Shown here one piece after another: positions 55,099 through 64,000 of a stretch of DNA of 64,000 nucleotides. The stretch is from contig JBGFRO010000003.1 in the NCBI GenBank assembly GCA_041695085.1, forward strand, positions 8,603-72,602, written 5' to 3'. Below the pieces are notes generated by a model. The model ran no database searches, was not told the DNA's origin, and saw nothing but the letters and a program-made list of their open reading frames with translations. The stretch's first letter is position 1, and each line of letters opens with the position of its first letter. The position numbers and the translations under genes are program-made. Origin of the DNA: Bacteroidota bacterium (lineage in GTDB: Bacteria; Bacteroidota; Ignavibacteria; UBA10030).

Positions 55099-55293
55099 CC
55101 CTGTATTCGTTGGAGCAACCGTTGTTTCTGCATCGAGATAGGGACGAGTTGCAAATTGAATGTCTCTCATTTTCTGGATATCTTGAGTTTCTACGAAACC
55201 AGGGCAGATCTGATTAGGTAGTCCAACGTAAGATTTATCTCGGCAAAGAAATGAGTTATTGTTGGCTCCAACGACGTGGAGGTACGGGAATCT

Positions 55294-56265
55294 ATGAGTC
55301 ATTCATTCCAATATGAGGAGCAAGTCCTGTCAGGTGTGGTAGACGTTTCTAAACGGGGACTCTTGCTGATGGAGGGTCCGGATGCAAAGGATCTACTTCA
55401 GCGCATCACAACGAACGACCTTAACAAGCTCGATGCTGACTACTGTGTTCAGACGGTTTTCACAAACGAAAAGGGACGAATCGTCGACGTGGTGACTGTC
55501 GTCGAATTAGAAAGTGTAAGCTATCTCCTCGTGGCTCAAACAAGAGAACCGGAAAAGCTGAGAGCGTGGATCGAACGATTCATCATCATGGAGGATGCCC
55601 GTGTTGTTTCGCTCACCGAGTCGTATCGGCACCTGCTTTTCTATGATCCCAAGACCGTCGAGAGCTTGACCGCTGACTTGGGTGGGAGCACGGTCGGGCG
55701 TAATGTCCAGCTCAAAATTCTCGGGTCGGGAGAAAAAGAGCCGTTTCTCCTTGTCATGGAGAATTGGAATGGTGCGCGGATTCTTCATGCTCTCCAGGAG
55801 AAAAGCGACCTGAAGAAGTCGGTCGAAAACGGCTCGTTGTCTATCTCCAAAGAAGGAGAATCTCGTGAATTCAAATCCTACAGAATACTATATACTATTC
55901 CCGTAAATCCAAATGAACTCAACGAGTCCTACAATCCCCTTGAAGCAAATCTTTGGAGCTACGTTAGCTGGACAAAGGGGTGCTATGTAGGGCAAGAGGT
56001 CATCGCCAGACTTGACACTTACAAAAAGGTGCAACGGATGCTGTGTACTCTGGAGATCTCCGGTCAAGTGTTCGAAGCGCCTTTAGGCATTTCAAATGGC
56101 CGTGAAGATGTTGGAATGATCACAAGCTCAATACAAAACGGATCATCCACCATGGCGCTGGGATACGTAAGCATCAAGTCTCTCGACATGAAAGAGTCGC
56201 TCTTCTGTGAGGTAGATGGAGCAAAGTTCGAGATCAGAGTCGTAGCTTCAGGAGTCACAAAATGA
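55294..56265 (+). CDS. ygfZ: Folate-binding YgfZ/GcvT-like protein
   Basis: GcvT-like N-terminal domain and the signature WTKGCYVGQEVIARL (K-G-C-Y-x-G-Q-E). Start set to the ATG at 55294 behind GGAGG. Confidence 0.75.
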   Translation: MSHSFQYEEQVLSGVVDVSKRGLLLMEGPDAKDLLQRITTNDLNKLDADYCVQTVFTNEKGRIVDVVTVVELESVSYLLVAQTREPEKLRAWIERFIIMEDARVVSLTESYRHLLFYDPKTVESLTADLGGSTVGRNVQLKILGSGEKEPFLLVMENWNGARILHALQEKSDLKKSVENGSLSISKEGESREFKSYRILYTIPVNPNELNESYNPLEANLWSYVSWTKGCYVGQEVIARLDTYKKVQRMLCTLEISGQVFEAPLGISNGREDVGMITSSIQNGSSTMALGYVSIKSLDMKESLFCEVDGAKFEIRVVASGVTK

Positions 56266-56747
56266 TGGAGACATTTGTTCAAATTCGGGCTGTGACCAAA
56301 AGGGAAGTCTACGAAGAACTTATCCCTCAATTGAAATCTCTGATAGCAGACGAATCGGATCTCATCGCTAATCTTGCGAACACAGCTTCGGTTCTCAAGC
56401 TCGCCTTGAGGAATGCTTCCTGGGTAGGATTCTACCTGATGAAGCAGGGTGAATTGGTTTTGGGTCCGTTCCAAGGGAAGCCCGCATGCGTGCGAATTCA
56501 GGTAGGGAGGGGTGTTTGTGGAAGCGCAATAGCACGCGCGGAAACGCTTACTGTGCCCGATGTGCAAAAGTTTCCGGGGCATATCTGTTGTGATCCCGAC
56601 TCCCGCTCGGAAATCGTCGTTCCTATGTTTCGCGACAAAGAGCCGCTTGGTGTGCTTGATCTCGACAGCGCATCGATTGGAGCGTTTGATGAAACTGATA
56701 AGCATTATTTGGAGAGAATTGTCGCGCTCTTGATACCGAAGTTTTAG
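56262..56747 (+). CDS. GAF-domain free methionine-(R)-sulfoxide reductase-like protein
   Basis: …WVGFYL…LVLGPFQGKPACVRIQVGRGVCG…VPDVQKFPGHICCDPDSRSEIVVPM… matches the YebR/fRMsr family pattern. 4-nt overlap with ygfZ. Confidence 0.75.
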   Translation: MMETFVQIRAVTKREVYEELIPQLKSLIADESDLIANLANTASVLKLALRNASWVGFYLMKQGELVLGPFQGKPACVRIQVGRGVCGSAIARAETLTVPDVQKFPGHICCDPDSRSEIVVPMFRDKEPLGVLDLDSASIGAFDETDKHYLERIVALLIPKF

Positions 56748-56794
56748 GTTTCATCCATCAAGCCAACTCACAATCACAAAGAATCTTATCCTCT

Positions 56795-57640
56795 ATGCCT
56801 TCTCAATTAGCGCGAGCTCCAAAATCATATAAGAATATTGAGTTCTTGAATAGTCCGGATGCACGGACGATACGGTTGATAGCTGAGTTTCTGGAGCCGG
56901 CCCGCCGGTTTCGACAACAGGGGATTAAGGACACCGTCGTTTTTTTCGGCTCGGCTCGAATTAAGTCGCGCAGAGAAGCCAGCAAAAAGCTTCAGGAAGT
57001 CAAAAAGCGGATCAAGGCAAGTACCAGGGTTTCAAAATCATTAAGATCACACCTTGAAGCAGCCCAGATTGATTTTCAGATGTCGAAGTACTACGAAGAG
57101 GCGGTTGAGCTATCGATCCTTTTGACGCGATGGTCCAAAAAACTTTACCAACAGAACCGGTTTGTGGTCTGTTCAGGCGGCGGACCGGGGATTATGGAGG
57201 CAGCAAACAAGGGAGCACGATTGGCTGGTGGAAGATCGATCGGACTGAACATAAGTCTCCCGTTCGAGCAAAGTCCCAATCCCTACATTACGAAGGAGTT
57301 GAACTTTGAGTTCCATTATTTCTTTATGAGAAAGTTCTGGTTTGTATATCTGGCGAAAGCACTGATTATGTTCCCGGGCGGATTCGGCACACTCGATGAA
57401 TTAATGGAAGTCCTTACGCTCCTACAAACAAAAAAGCTCAAGAAGCAAGTGGTGGTCGTTCTTTACGGGAAGGAGTACTGGGATCAGGTTCTGAATTTCG
57501 AAGCAATGGTCAGGTTACGTGTCATCAGTCCGGAAGATCTCCAACTCTTCCGCTTTGCGGACACGCCGGAAGATGCGTTCAAATATCTGGTGAAGGAACT
57601 CAAAAGGCTTTATCCCAAAGAGACAGCGTTAACGGCTTAA
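56795..57640 (+). CDS. LOG/TIGR00730-family Rossmann-fold protein (nucleotide 5'-monophosphate nucleosidase-like)
   Basis: …VVFFGSAR…, VVCSGGGPGIMEAANKGA, and the signature FPGGFGTLDELMEVLTL. Confidence 0.75.
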   Translation: MPSQLARAPKSYKNIEFLNSPDARTIRLIAEFLEPARRFRQQGIKDTVVFFGSARIKSRREASKKLQEVKKRIKASTRVSKSLRSHLEAAQIDFQMSKYYEEAVELSILLTRWSKKLYQQNRFVVCSGGGPGIMEAANKGARLAGGRSIGLNISLPFEQSPNPYITKELNFEFHYFFMRKFWFVYLAKALIMFPGGFGTLDELMEVLTLLQTKKLKKQVVVVLYGKEYWDQVLNFEAMVRLRVISPEDLQLFRFADTPEDAFKYLVKELKRLYPKETALTA

Positions 57641-57740
57641 GCTCTTGGCACATTGCTCATTGTGCCTGAAGAAAGAAAGTGGTACATTGGGGACGTGGAG
57701 CTTTGCCTCGTGAGGAAAATTAGCCTCAGGTGAACAATTT

Positions 57741-58116
57741 GGGGGTGACGTGGCTTCGACGGGGATGAGGAAGCTCAAGACTGCGTACCGTGGTCGCCGT
57801 GTCCACGTTAAAGAAGCGGTAAACCAATAAGTGCCAACTACAACTACGCACTGGCTGCCTAACATCGCTTAGGCAACCCGTTCCTGTTGCTTCTTACCCA
57901 TCGGGAGCAGGAGGAACGTCGACATAGATGGGATAGTCGGTGTTTGTTCTCAGGGATCGCCGACGAATCCGCCGCAAGCGGATCTACCTGAGATAGCGTG
58001 AGGCCAATCCTGTCTTCCGGAGTTTCCTCACGCGAAACAAAAAAGGAAGGCTAGGTACGTAGAGGTTTTGAGAGTCTTCTCTTCGGACCGGGGTTCGACT
58101 CCCCGCACCTCCACAC
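57741..58116 (+). ncRNA. ssrA: tmRNA (transfer-messenger RNA)
   Basis: 5' GGGGGTGACGTGGCTTCGACGGGG. Tag frame GCC AAC TAC AAC TAC GCA CTG GCT GCC TAA (57833-57862) encodes ANYNYALAA. 3' tRNA-like end GGACCGGGGTTCGACTCCCCGCACCTCCA. The acceptor stem 57741-57747 pairs with 58106-58112 and includes a G3:U wobble. CCA is not clearly encoded, so the 3' end is good to +/-3 nt. Confidence 0.92.
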
Positions 58117-58122
58117 CAAAAT

Positions 58123-58157
58123 GAGCCTTCGTTCTGCCGACGAAGGCTCGTTTGTAT
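58123..58157 (+). terminator. Rho-independent terminator after ssrA
   Basis: 9-bp stem GAGCCTTCG/CGAAGGCTC (58123-58131 with 58141-58149) followed by GTTTGTAT. Confidence 0.6.
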
Positions 58158-58188
58158 CGTATCCACCGATTCAGCAAGAAACCCTCCT

Positions 58189-58878
58189 ATGCAACCAACC
58201 GTCCTGCTCGTTGATGACGAAAAAGACATCCTTGAAATGCTTAAATACAATCTCGAGAAAGAAGGATATGCCGTGTTGACGGCACGAAATGGGAAGGAGG
58301 CGCTCAAGCAGGTGGAACGTCGACCGGACCTCGTGGTGCTGGATGTGATGATGCCGGAGATGGATGGTTGGGAAGTCTGTAAGGAAATCCGGCGCGATCC
58401 TGCTAAAGCAGATCTCCCTATCATCTTTCTCACCGCGCGTGATAGTGAGGTGGATGAAGTCGTCGGGTTGGAGTTGGGGGCGGATGACTATATTACGAAG
58501 CCGGTAAAGGTGCGAACGTTCATCGCACGCATCAAGAGGTTATTGCGTCCTCAGCGCTCTCGAGTGCATACCGTGCAGACTGGTGTGTTGAAGGTGGGGG
58601 GATTGGAGATTCACGCCAATAACTACATTGTGAAAGTGAAGGATCGGGAAATATCCTTACCCAAGAAGGAATTCGAGGTTCTGCTGTACCTCGCACGACA
58701 TCCCGATAGGGTGATCACGCGGGAGACACTCTTGAATGAGATCTGGGGAGAGGATGTCTACGTCATCGACCGAACCGTTGATGTCCACATCCGAAAAATT
58801 CGAGAGAAGCTTGGGGCGTATGCGGCCCACATCGACACAGTCAAGGGAGTCGGTTACCGCTTTAAGCGTGAGCTCTGA
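58189..58878 (+). CDS. OmpR/PhoB-family response regulator
   Basis: Receiver VLLVDDEKDILEML…DLVVLDVMMPEMDG… and winged-helix output …LPKKEFEVLLYLARHPDRVITRETLL…VDVHIRKIREKL…TVKGVGYRF. Confidence 0.9.
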   Translation: MQPTVLLVDDEKDILEMLKYNLEKEGYAVLTARNGKEALKQVERRPDLVVLDVMMPEMDGWEVCKEIRRDPAKADLPIIFLTARDSEVDEVVGLELGADDYITKPVKVRTFIARIKRLLRPQRSRVHTVQTGVLKVGGLEIHANNYIVKVKDREISLPKKEFEVLLYLARHPDRVITRETLLNEIWGEDVYVIDRTVDVHIRKIREKLGAYAAHIDTVKGVGYRFKREL

Positions 58879-60326
58879 TGCGCACCATCCGCTCGAAAAT
58901 CACACTGACGTACCTGCTGATTACGCTACTTGTCGTCCTGCTCCTTGGTCTCTTTCTTGCAATTGAAATCGAGGATTACTTCCGCGATCGTTTACTCGCC
59001 CAACTTCAAACCGAAACGAGTATCATCCACGCTCTGCTCAGGGAATCGGCCGAGCGAGGTGAACCGCGGGATCGTATCATTGCGTTTCTTCGGGCATATT
59101 CCAACGCCTCAAATCTTCGGATCACGCTCATTGATCGTGATGGGCGCGTGATGTACGAATCGTGGGTTCCCGACTCACTCATTGGATCGCTCGGGAATCA
59201 CTCGAACCGACCTGAAATCGTCGAGGCGCGGATCCGAGGCATCGGCACAAACACGCGACGAAACAGCTCAACGCATGACGACCTCTATTATGTCGCCCGC
59301 TTCGTGGATGATGCATCGTTTCGTAACTCTGCGTTTGCATCCCTCCAATTTGTGCGCGTCGCGATCAGTTTCCGGGACGTGTCTCAGCTCATCTCTGAAA
59401 TCCGGGTGATGATTGCTGTTGCCGGACTCCTTGTTCTCATCATCATCGGTAGCGTGAGCTTGTTTGTTGCGCGGCGTATCTCCAAACCGATCGTTGAAAT
59501 CAGCTCGATTGTACAAGACATCAAAGCGGGCAATCTCGATCGGAAACTCCCTGTCACGAGTTCGGATGAGGTGGGTCGTCTGGCGGAACTGATTAATGAA
59601 ATGACCGAGAAACTGAAAGCCGATATCGAACAGCTTCGAAGACTTGAACGGGTGAGGTCGGAATTCCTCGGCAACGTCTCTCACGAACTACGCACCCCCA
59701 TCTTCTCGCTCAAGGGTTTTCTCGAGACGTTGCTCGATGGAGCCATTGATGATCGGAACGTGAACCGATCGTTCGTTGAAAAGGCATACCATCACGCGTC
59801 CCGGCTTGATGCACTCCTGTCCGATTTGATCGAAATCTCGCGCATCGAATCGGGAGACATGAAGATGAGCTTCCGCTATTTTGATGCAGTGGAGCTTCTG
59901 CGTCAACTCGCTTCAGAATATGCCGATGAAACTGCAAAAAAGGAGCAACGCATTCGGATCGTGCCGGAGCGGGGAGAAGTCTTGGTTTTTGGCGACAAAG
60001 AGCGATTGCGCCAAGCTCTCGGCAATCTGATCGACAATGCAATTAAGTACTGTCCAACCGGCGCGAAGATTGAACTACAGGCCGTTGAGATGGATGGGAA
60101 GGTTGAAATTGTCGTTGAAGACGATGGGCCCGGAATTGAACAAGAACACTTGCCGAGAATTTTTGAACGATTCTATCGCGTTGATAAGAATCGTTCTCGT
60201 GAAGTCGGCGGAACGGGACTTGGTCTGGCGATCGTTAAACACATCGTCGAAGCGCACGGAAGCAAGATCAGCGTAACAAGTGAGGTCGGCAAAGGAACCC
60301 GGTTTACCTTCAGCCTGAAAAGATGA
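58878..60326 (+). CDS. Sensor histidine kinase (HAMP-HisKA-HATPase_c; PhoR-like)
   Basis: Two TM segments flank a periplasmic domain. HAMP region. H-box FLGNVSHELRTPI. N-box LIDNAIKY. G-boxes EDDGPGI and GTGLGLAIVK. Start overlaps the regulator stop (ATGA-type). Confidence 0.9.
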   Translation: MRTIRSKITLTYLLITLLVVLLLGLFLAIEIEDYFRDRLLAQLQTETSIIHALLRESAERGEPRDRIIAFLRAYSNASNLRITLIDRDGRVMYESWVPDSLIGSLGNHSNRPEIVEARIRGIGTNTRRNSSTHDDLYYVARFVDDASFRNSAFASLQFVRVAISFRDVSQLISEIRVMIAVAGLLVLIIIGSVSLFVARRISKPIVEISSIVQDIKAGNLDRKLPVTSSDEVGRLAELINEMTEKLKADIEQLRRLERVRSEFLGNVSHELRTPIFSLKGFLETLLDGAIDDRNVNRSFVEKAYHHASRLDALLSDLIEISRIESGDMKMSFRYFDAVELLRQLASEYADETAKKEQRIRIVPERGEVLVFGDKERLRQALGNLIDNAIKYCPTGAKIELQAVEMDGKVEIVVEDDGPGIEQEHLPRIFERFYRVDKNRSREVGGTGLGLAIVKHIVEAHGSKISVTSEVGKGTRFTFSLKR

Positions 60327-60330
60327 GCGA

Positions 60331-62727
60331 ATGAACATTAATGAATTCCTTATCGAAAATGGTCTCCGGCGACTTGATGTACCGGAAGAGAGCGTGCAAC
60401 ACTTCAAGTTGGTCTCTGCTCTCAGCAATGTTGATGGTCGTGGTTTTCCCAAAGAACTCTTCCAACTGAGCGCACCCGTGGTGATGCGGGGTCTGCTCAA
60501 TTTCGCCGTTCTGCAGATGAATCGAAAATGGGTTTATCCGTATTGGGTTCATCGGCAGCTCGATCGGGCTTCCTCAAGCTTCCTTCCTCGTTCACAAAAC
60601 CCCCTCCTCATGAACCAAACCCATCGCAACTGGACTGCACTTGGTTCTCCCCACGGTTTGTACGAAGCAATTGTCGATCCACGCGGACTTCTCACGCCAC
60701 TGCCGCGGGAATGGTCCACAGATGTTTGGCTGCAAGAAGGAACTGATTTCCTCTTCCCATCCTTGACACAGGAGAGTCATCAACGTTTGGAGGCGGATTC
60801 GCCATGTCTCCTCACCACCCTTGTCTGGAAAGATCTGTCGTTAGAGCTCGAAGCGTTTGTAAGTTCGATTCGGCGTGGGATTGATATCGTATTTAATCAG
60901 GTGCGCATCGTGAACAGCAGCGCCCGTTCCCGTTCGGTGATTGCGTACGTGGCTGTTCGGCCTTTCAATCCTGAAGGAGTTGCTCCCATTACGCACATCG
61001 AGATTCAATCGAAACGATTTGTCTATGTGAACAAGATTCTTGGAGTCGTGGTTGCCAAAGAACCAGCCTTCGTCGCCTGTCAAAATGCGCGGGAGGGGGA
61101 TCTTGCGATGAAGCTTCAAGAATCAGGAGGGAGAAAGGAGATCGAGGGAGCCGGTCGAACAATAGTTAAATGTGAGCGAGGACTCGCGCAGGCTCTTTTA
61201 GGTTATCCGATCGAGATTCCCCCCTCATCGAAGGCGGATATCCATTATAGCATAGCCCTTGGCTCCGCCAAAGAGTTGCGAAATGCGCGTTGGAAAAAAA
61301 CCTGGCGCGTGTCGTATGGAAAGCGGCGGGCCGAGCACCGTGCGACATGGCATAAGGAACTGGACCGTGGAGCTCACTTCCAACACGCCGACGAAGAGGC
61401 GATGCGTTTTTTTCGCTCCAGTCGGCTTGCACTCTTGGAGTTGAACGACGGGGAATTCATCTCGCCCGGACCGGCCCTCTACCATCACTTCTGGTTTCGG
61501 GATGCTGCACCTATGCTAAGCGCACTTGACATGCTGGGGTTTTCTGAGAGGACAAGGAGGGTCATTAATGGATTTCGAAAACACTTGAGAAGCGACGGCT
61601 TTTTCCAAGGTCCCGACGGCGAGTGGGATTCCAATGGTGCCGCCCTCTGGACAATCTATCACCACTTTCTTCGCACGAGATCTTCTCTCTGGCTCAAGCA
61701 ATGGTATCCACAGATCCGGAAAGCAGGGTTGTGGATTGTCCGGATGCGAAGGAAGACTCCCGAAGATCCAATGACCGTTCCAGGTCTTATGCCAAAGAGT
61801 CTCAGCGCTGAGCACCTCGGAACAGTCGATCAATATTTCTGGGATTCCTTTTGGTCCCTTGCAGGTCTTAAATGTGTGGCAGCAATGGCACACGAGGTGG
61901 GGCAAGTTGAGGAGGAGCGGCTGTTCAATCAAGAATCGGTGGAGTTTGAGTCGAGACTCAAAGAGGTGTTGGCGCAAGTGGAGAAGCGGCTGGGTATGCC
62001 GCTGATTCCGGCATCTCCCACTCGGCCTTTTGACGAAAGCGCCATCGGATCAATTGCCAGTCTTTATCCACTCGATTTATTTGAACATACCTATCCACAG
62101 CCCGTTACAACTCTTCATGCTTTGAGGGATCGTTACGTCGACGATCGGGGATTCTATCACCCAATCATTCATTCCGGTTATAATGCCTATCTCACCTTGC
62201 AAATTGCGCAGAGCTATCTCCTCATCGGTGAAAAGGAGATCGCTTGGCAGATTGCCAGATCGGCGTTTAGACTTGCATCAGAAACGTGCGCTTTTCCAGA
62301 AGCAACGCACCCGTTGACAGGGGGAGGGACGATGGGGGATGGACACCATGGATGGGCGGCGGCGGAGGTTGTTTTGTTCGTTCGCAACGCGCTCATTCGG
62401 GAGCAACAAAATGTCCTTCATCTACTGCATGGTGTCACAAAAGATCACGTGAAGGTGGGGATTCCTCTGGAAGCATTGCGCGCTCCAACAACATTCGGTT
62501 CACTTAGTTTGAGGCTTGAGCGTGAATCCGCAACAAAGCTTGTTTTCTCTTTCGAAGGACGGTTCTTTCCAAGGAAGCGACCCGAAGCGATTCACCTTCA
62601 TATCCCGTTCCCTCTCCAATCAGTCGTGCCATCCTTTCCTTCTCACCTTTTACGCCACGAGCAATTGGGCGATGCTTCACTTCTTATCCTCTCTTCCGAG
62701 GTCTCGACACTATTTTTGCATCTATGA
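60331..62727 (+). CDS. (alpha/alpha)6 six-hairpin glycoside hydrolase-like protein (GH15 / debranching-enzyme C-terminal-like)
   Basis: 798 aa. …YHHFWFRDAAPMLSALDMLGF…GPDGEWDSNGAALWTIYHHF… resembles the Y..W.RD catalytic-domain start of GH15/GDE_C-type enzymes. The family assignment is tentative. Confidence 0.45.
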   Translation: MNINEFLIENGLRRLDVPEESVQHFKLVSALSNVDGRGFPKELFQLSAPVVMRGLLNFAVLQMNRKWVYPYWVHRQLDRASSSFLPRSQNPLLMNQTHRNWTALGSPHGLYEAIVDPRGLLTPLPREWSTDVWLQEGTDFLFPSLTQESHQRLEADSPCLLTTLVWKDLSLELEAFVSSIRRGIDIVFNQVRIVNSSARSRSVIAYVAVRPFNPEGVAPITHIEIQSKRFVYVNKILGVVVAKEPAFVACQNAREGDLAMKLQESGGRKEIEGAGRTIVKCERGLAQALLGYPIEIPPSSKADIHYSIALGSAKELRNARWKKTWRVSYGKRRAEHRATWHKELDRGAHFQHADEEAMRFFRSSRLALLELNDGEFISPGPALYHHFWFRDAAPMLSALDMLGFSERTRRVINGFRKHLRSDGFFQGPDGEWDSNGAALWTIYHHFLRTRSSLWLKQWYPQIRKAGLWIVRMRRKTPEDPMTVPGLMPKSLSAEHLGTVDQYFWDSFWSLAGLKCVAAMAHEVGQVEEERLFNQESVEFESRLKEVLAQVEKRLGMPLIPASPTRPFDESAIGSIASLYPLDLFEHTYPQPVTTLHALRDRYVDDRGFYHPIIHSGYNAYLTLQIAQSYLLIGEKEIAWQIARSAFRLASETCAFPEATHPLTGGGTMGDGHHGWAAAEVVLFVRNALIREQQNVLHLLHGVTKDHVKVGIPLEALRAPTTFGSLSLRLERESATKLVFSFEGRFFPRKRPEAIHLHIPFPLQSVVPSFPSHLLRHEQLGDASLLILSSEVSTLFLHL

Positions 62728-63822
62728 CATTTGAGGGAGCGTTTGGATCGAAGGAGACTTCACTGCTCCGTTGGCTTGGGATGATCGCAATGGAAGTCCC
62801 GTCCGCGATCGCACATAACGGAGAGGGGCTACAGACTCCTCAAAGGGAATCGGAAGCAGACGGGTGGCAATTCTGCATTCTCCATTGTCGAAGGTGAGGC
62901 GGTTGTACTTAAGGTATCGCACAGGATCATCACACACAGCTCCTGCACCGTTAGAAAGAAGAATGCCGCTTCGTTCGTACACCTCGTTTCGGTGTATGTG
63001 CCCATGAAGGACATAGCGAACATTGAGTGACTTGAAGACTTTCAGGAGCCTTCGGCGTCCTCGCAGTCGCATGGTTCTCGATTCGATCAGCCGCCAAAAA
63101 GAGTTGTCCGAAATTCCGTCGGCGACAATGTCGTTGAAGTGATGATGCAGCACGATGATTGGCACAGCGTTCCGAAGCAGGGGGGACTCGCTAAGAGATT
63201 GAAGTGCCTCTATCTGTCGGTCGTCCAGAAATCCATTTGTTCCGAGGATGTTCGACCGCACGGACCAAGGCGGAATGGAGTTGAGACCGATGATCATGAA
63301 TGGACCGACACGCTTCAGGAAGGGGTAGGACTCCTTGGCATCGAAAAACGTGACGCCGTGGAACGTTTCTCGGAATGCCTCACGAAAGAGCGCGTGATTT
63401 CTGTGGTAGTCGACAGCACGTATGTGTTGTGGGAAGCTGAGAATATCGACAGCTCTATGCGGGCCGCCAAAGATGTCATGGTTCCCTGGTACGACTGTCA
63501 GTTTTGAGGAATCGAGGAGGGAGAAGTGCGAGAAGAGCTCGCGGGCGAGAAAGAAATCATCCGGATCAGCGGTGCTGACGATGTCTCCGGAAATGACCAA
63601 ATGATCGCAGCCCTCAAGCTGGATGAGCCGAAGAAGCTTTTTGAATGATTTCAAATGTTCGCGATAGTACTGGCGGCTGAGATGGGGATCGGAGATGTGA
63701 ATGAGAGAATACGGACGATACCGAGAGGGGGATGGCGAGTTGAGGTCGGATGGGAGACGAAAAGGAGGGGAATCGGCAGCAAGATCACGCTGCTCGATGC
63801 AGCTGACGGTATCGATGTTCAT
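62722..63822 (-). CDS. Metallophosphoesterase
   Basis: ISDPHLS, ISGDIVS, VPGNHDIFG, IIVLHHH and LHGHIHRN. The track start at 63975 would overlap the upstream glycosyltransferase C-terminus by 190 nt. Start moved to the ATG at 63822 (GAGG 9 nt upstream); 63837 is also possible. Confidence 0.75.
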   Translation of the reverse strand: MNIDTVSCIEQRDLAADSPPFRLPSDLNSPSPSRYRPYSLIHISDPHLSRQYYREHLKSFKKLLRLIQLEGCDHLVISGDIVSTADPDDFFLARELFSHFSLLDSSKLTVVPGNHDIFGGPHRAVDILSFPQHIRAVDYHRNHALFREAFRETFHGVTFFDAKESYPFLKRVGPFMIIGLNSIPPWSVRSNILGTNGFLDDRQIEALQSLSESPLLRNAVPIIVLHHHFNDIVADGISDNSFWRLIESRTMRLRGRRRLLKVFKSLNVRYVLHGHIHRNEVYERSGILLSNGAGAVCDDPVRYLKYNRLTFDNGECRIATRLLPIPFEESVAPLRYVRSRTGLPLRSSQANGAVKSPSIQTLPQMS

Positions 63823-64000
63823 GAATGAGTGCCTCATATCGTTCAAAAAGAGTTTCGATAATCGCTTCCCACGAATATTGTTGAGCCACCCGATGAGCTT
63901 CCTGCGCGATCCTCTGGCGTCGGTCAGGATTATCGAGTAATTCAGCGACGAGGTTCGCAAGATCGATCTCATCAAGGGGTTCTGCGAGTAGTCCAGTCTC
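63785..64000 (-). CDS. Glycosyltransferase (GT-B, family 4-like), C-terminal fragment; gene runs off right edge
   Basis: My minus-strand translation is …ETGLLAEPLDEIDLANLVAELLDNPDRRQRIAQEAHRVAQQYSWEAIIETLFERYEALIHEH…*. This is the typical GT4 C-terminal pattern (G.L..P.D…LA..I..LL.dp..r..…a…v…fsW). Stop at 63785-63787. Confidence 0.6.
   Translation of the reverse strand, partial: ETGLLAEPLDEIDLANLVAELLDNPDRRQRIAQEAHRVAQQYSWEAIIETLFERYEALIHEHRYRQLHRAA

Noticed and set aside
55108-55272. 10-bp long-range inverted repeat (TCGTTGGAGC … GCTCCAACGA) upstream of ygfZ
   Set aside because: It is short enough to occur by chance, and I saw no supporting structure or repetition elsewhere in the window.
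57646-57666. Sigma-54 promoter (TGGCAC) upstream of ssrA; other TGGCAC hits at 8037, 24183, 39461 and 43562
   Set aside because: The GG-to-GC spacing does not fit TGGCAC-N5-TTGC in any case (the TTGC element is either 4 nt too close or absent), and most hits lie inside coding regions.
57629-58433. Minus-strand ORFs 57629..57865 and 57984..58433
   Set aside because: They overlap the tmRNA gene and the response-regulator 5' end. The tmRNA assignment is far better supported.
62722-63975. Full-length 417-aa version of the metallophosphoesterase ORF
   Set aside because: Its first ~50 codons overlap, in another frame, a sequence that translates into a convincing GT4 glycosyltransferase C-terminus (stop at 63785). 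An internal ATG with an SD is more plausible.

Overview
Gene-dense 64-kb chromosomal window, read by eye only (no searches were run; every family call rests on motifs I recognise). The taxon looks like the FCB group, closer to Ignavibacteria/Chlorobi than to classical Bacteroidetes. It has T9SS C-terminal sorting domains, GxxExxY genes and a Y_Y_Y propeller sensor kinase, but also clear Shine-Dalgarno sites and a TTGACA-17-TATATT promoter. Most of the window is housekeeping: udk, M16 and M50 peptidases, an aminotransferase, nuoG-H-I, comM, an IDH-family dehydrogenase, dusB-polX-nth, glcD/glcF, ygfZ, tmRNA, and a PhoB/PhoR-like pair. I found no CRISPR-cas, transposase, integrase, reverse transcriptase, tRNA or rRNA. 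These loci deserve a second look. (1) Stem-bounded micro-cassettes: an intact GxxExxY gene, a GxxExxY remnant wedged between a sensor kinase and its regulator, and a CheY-like gene, each bracketed by inverted repeats built from tandem heptamers/octamers. The last two share one repeat family inside a 3-kb hotspot that also holds a VapBC-like pair. (2) A 750-bp array of 14 same-orientation 20-nt hairpins with two alternating spacer types (101-bp higher-order unit). It mimics a CRISPR array but is not one. (3) An 8.4-kb T9SS surface-protein gene with four nested repeat systems, including 237-bp perfect repeats 636 bp apart. (4) A cysM-JAMM-cysO-moeZ sulfur-carrier cysteine cluster whose carrier has 5 residues after the Gly-Gly. 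(5) A tight five-gene operon in which an orphan SPPF-type, motif-permuted DNA methyltransferase and a rhomboid protease sit between glcD and glcF. (6) A receiverless sigma-54-type activator that has lost GAFTGA, next to a large membrane protein. Several ORF-track N-termini were trimmed to better-supported internal starts.
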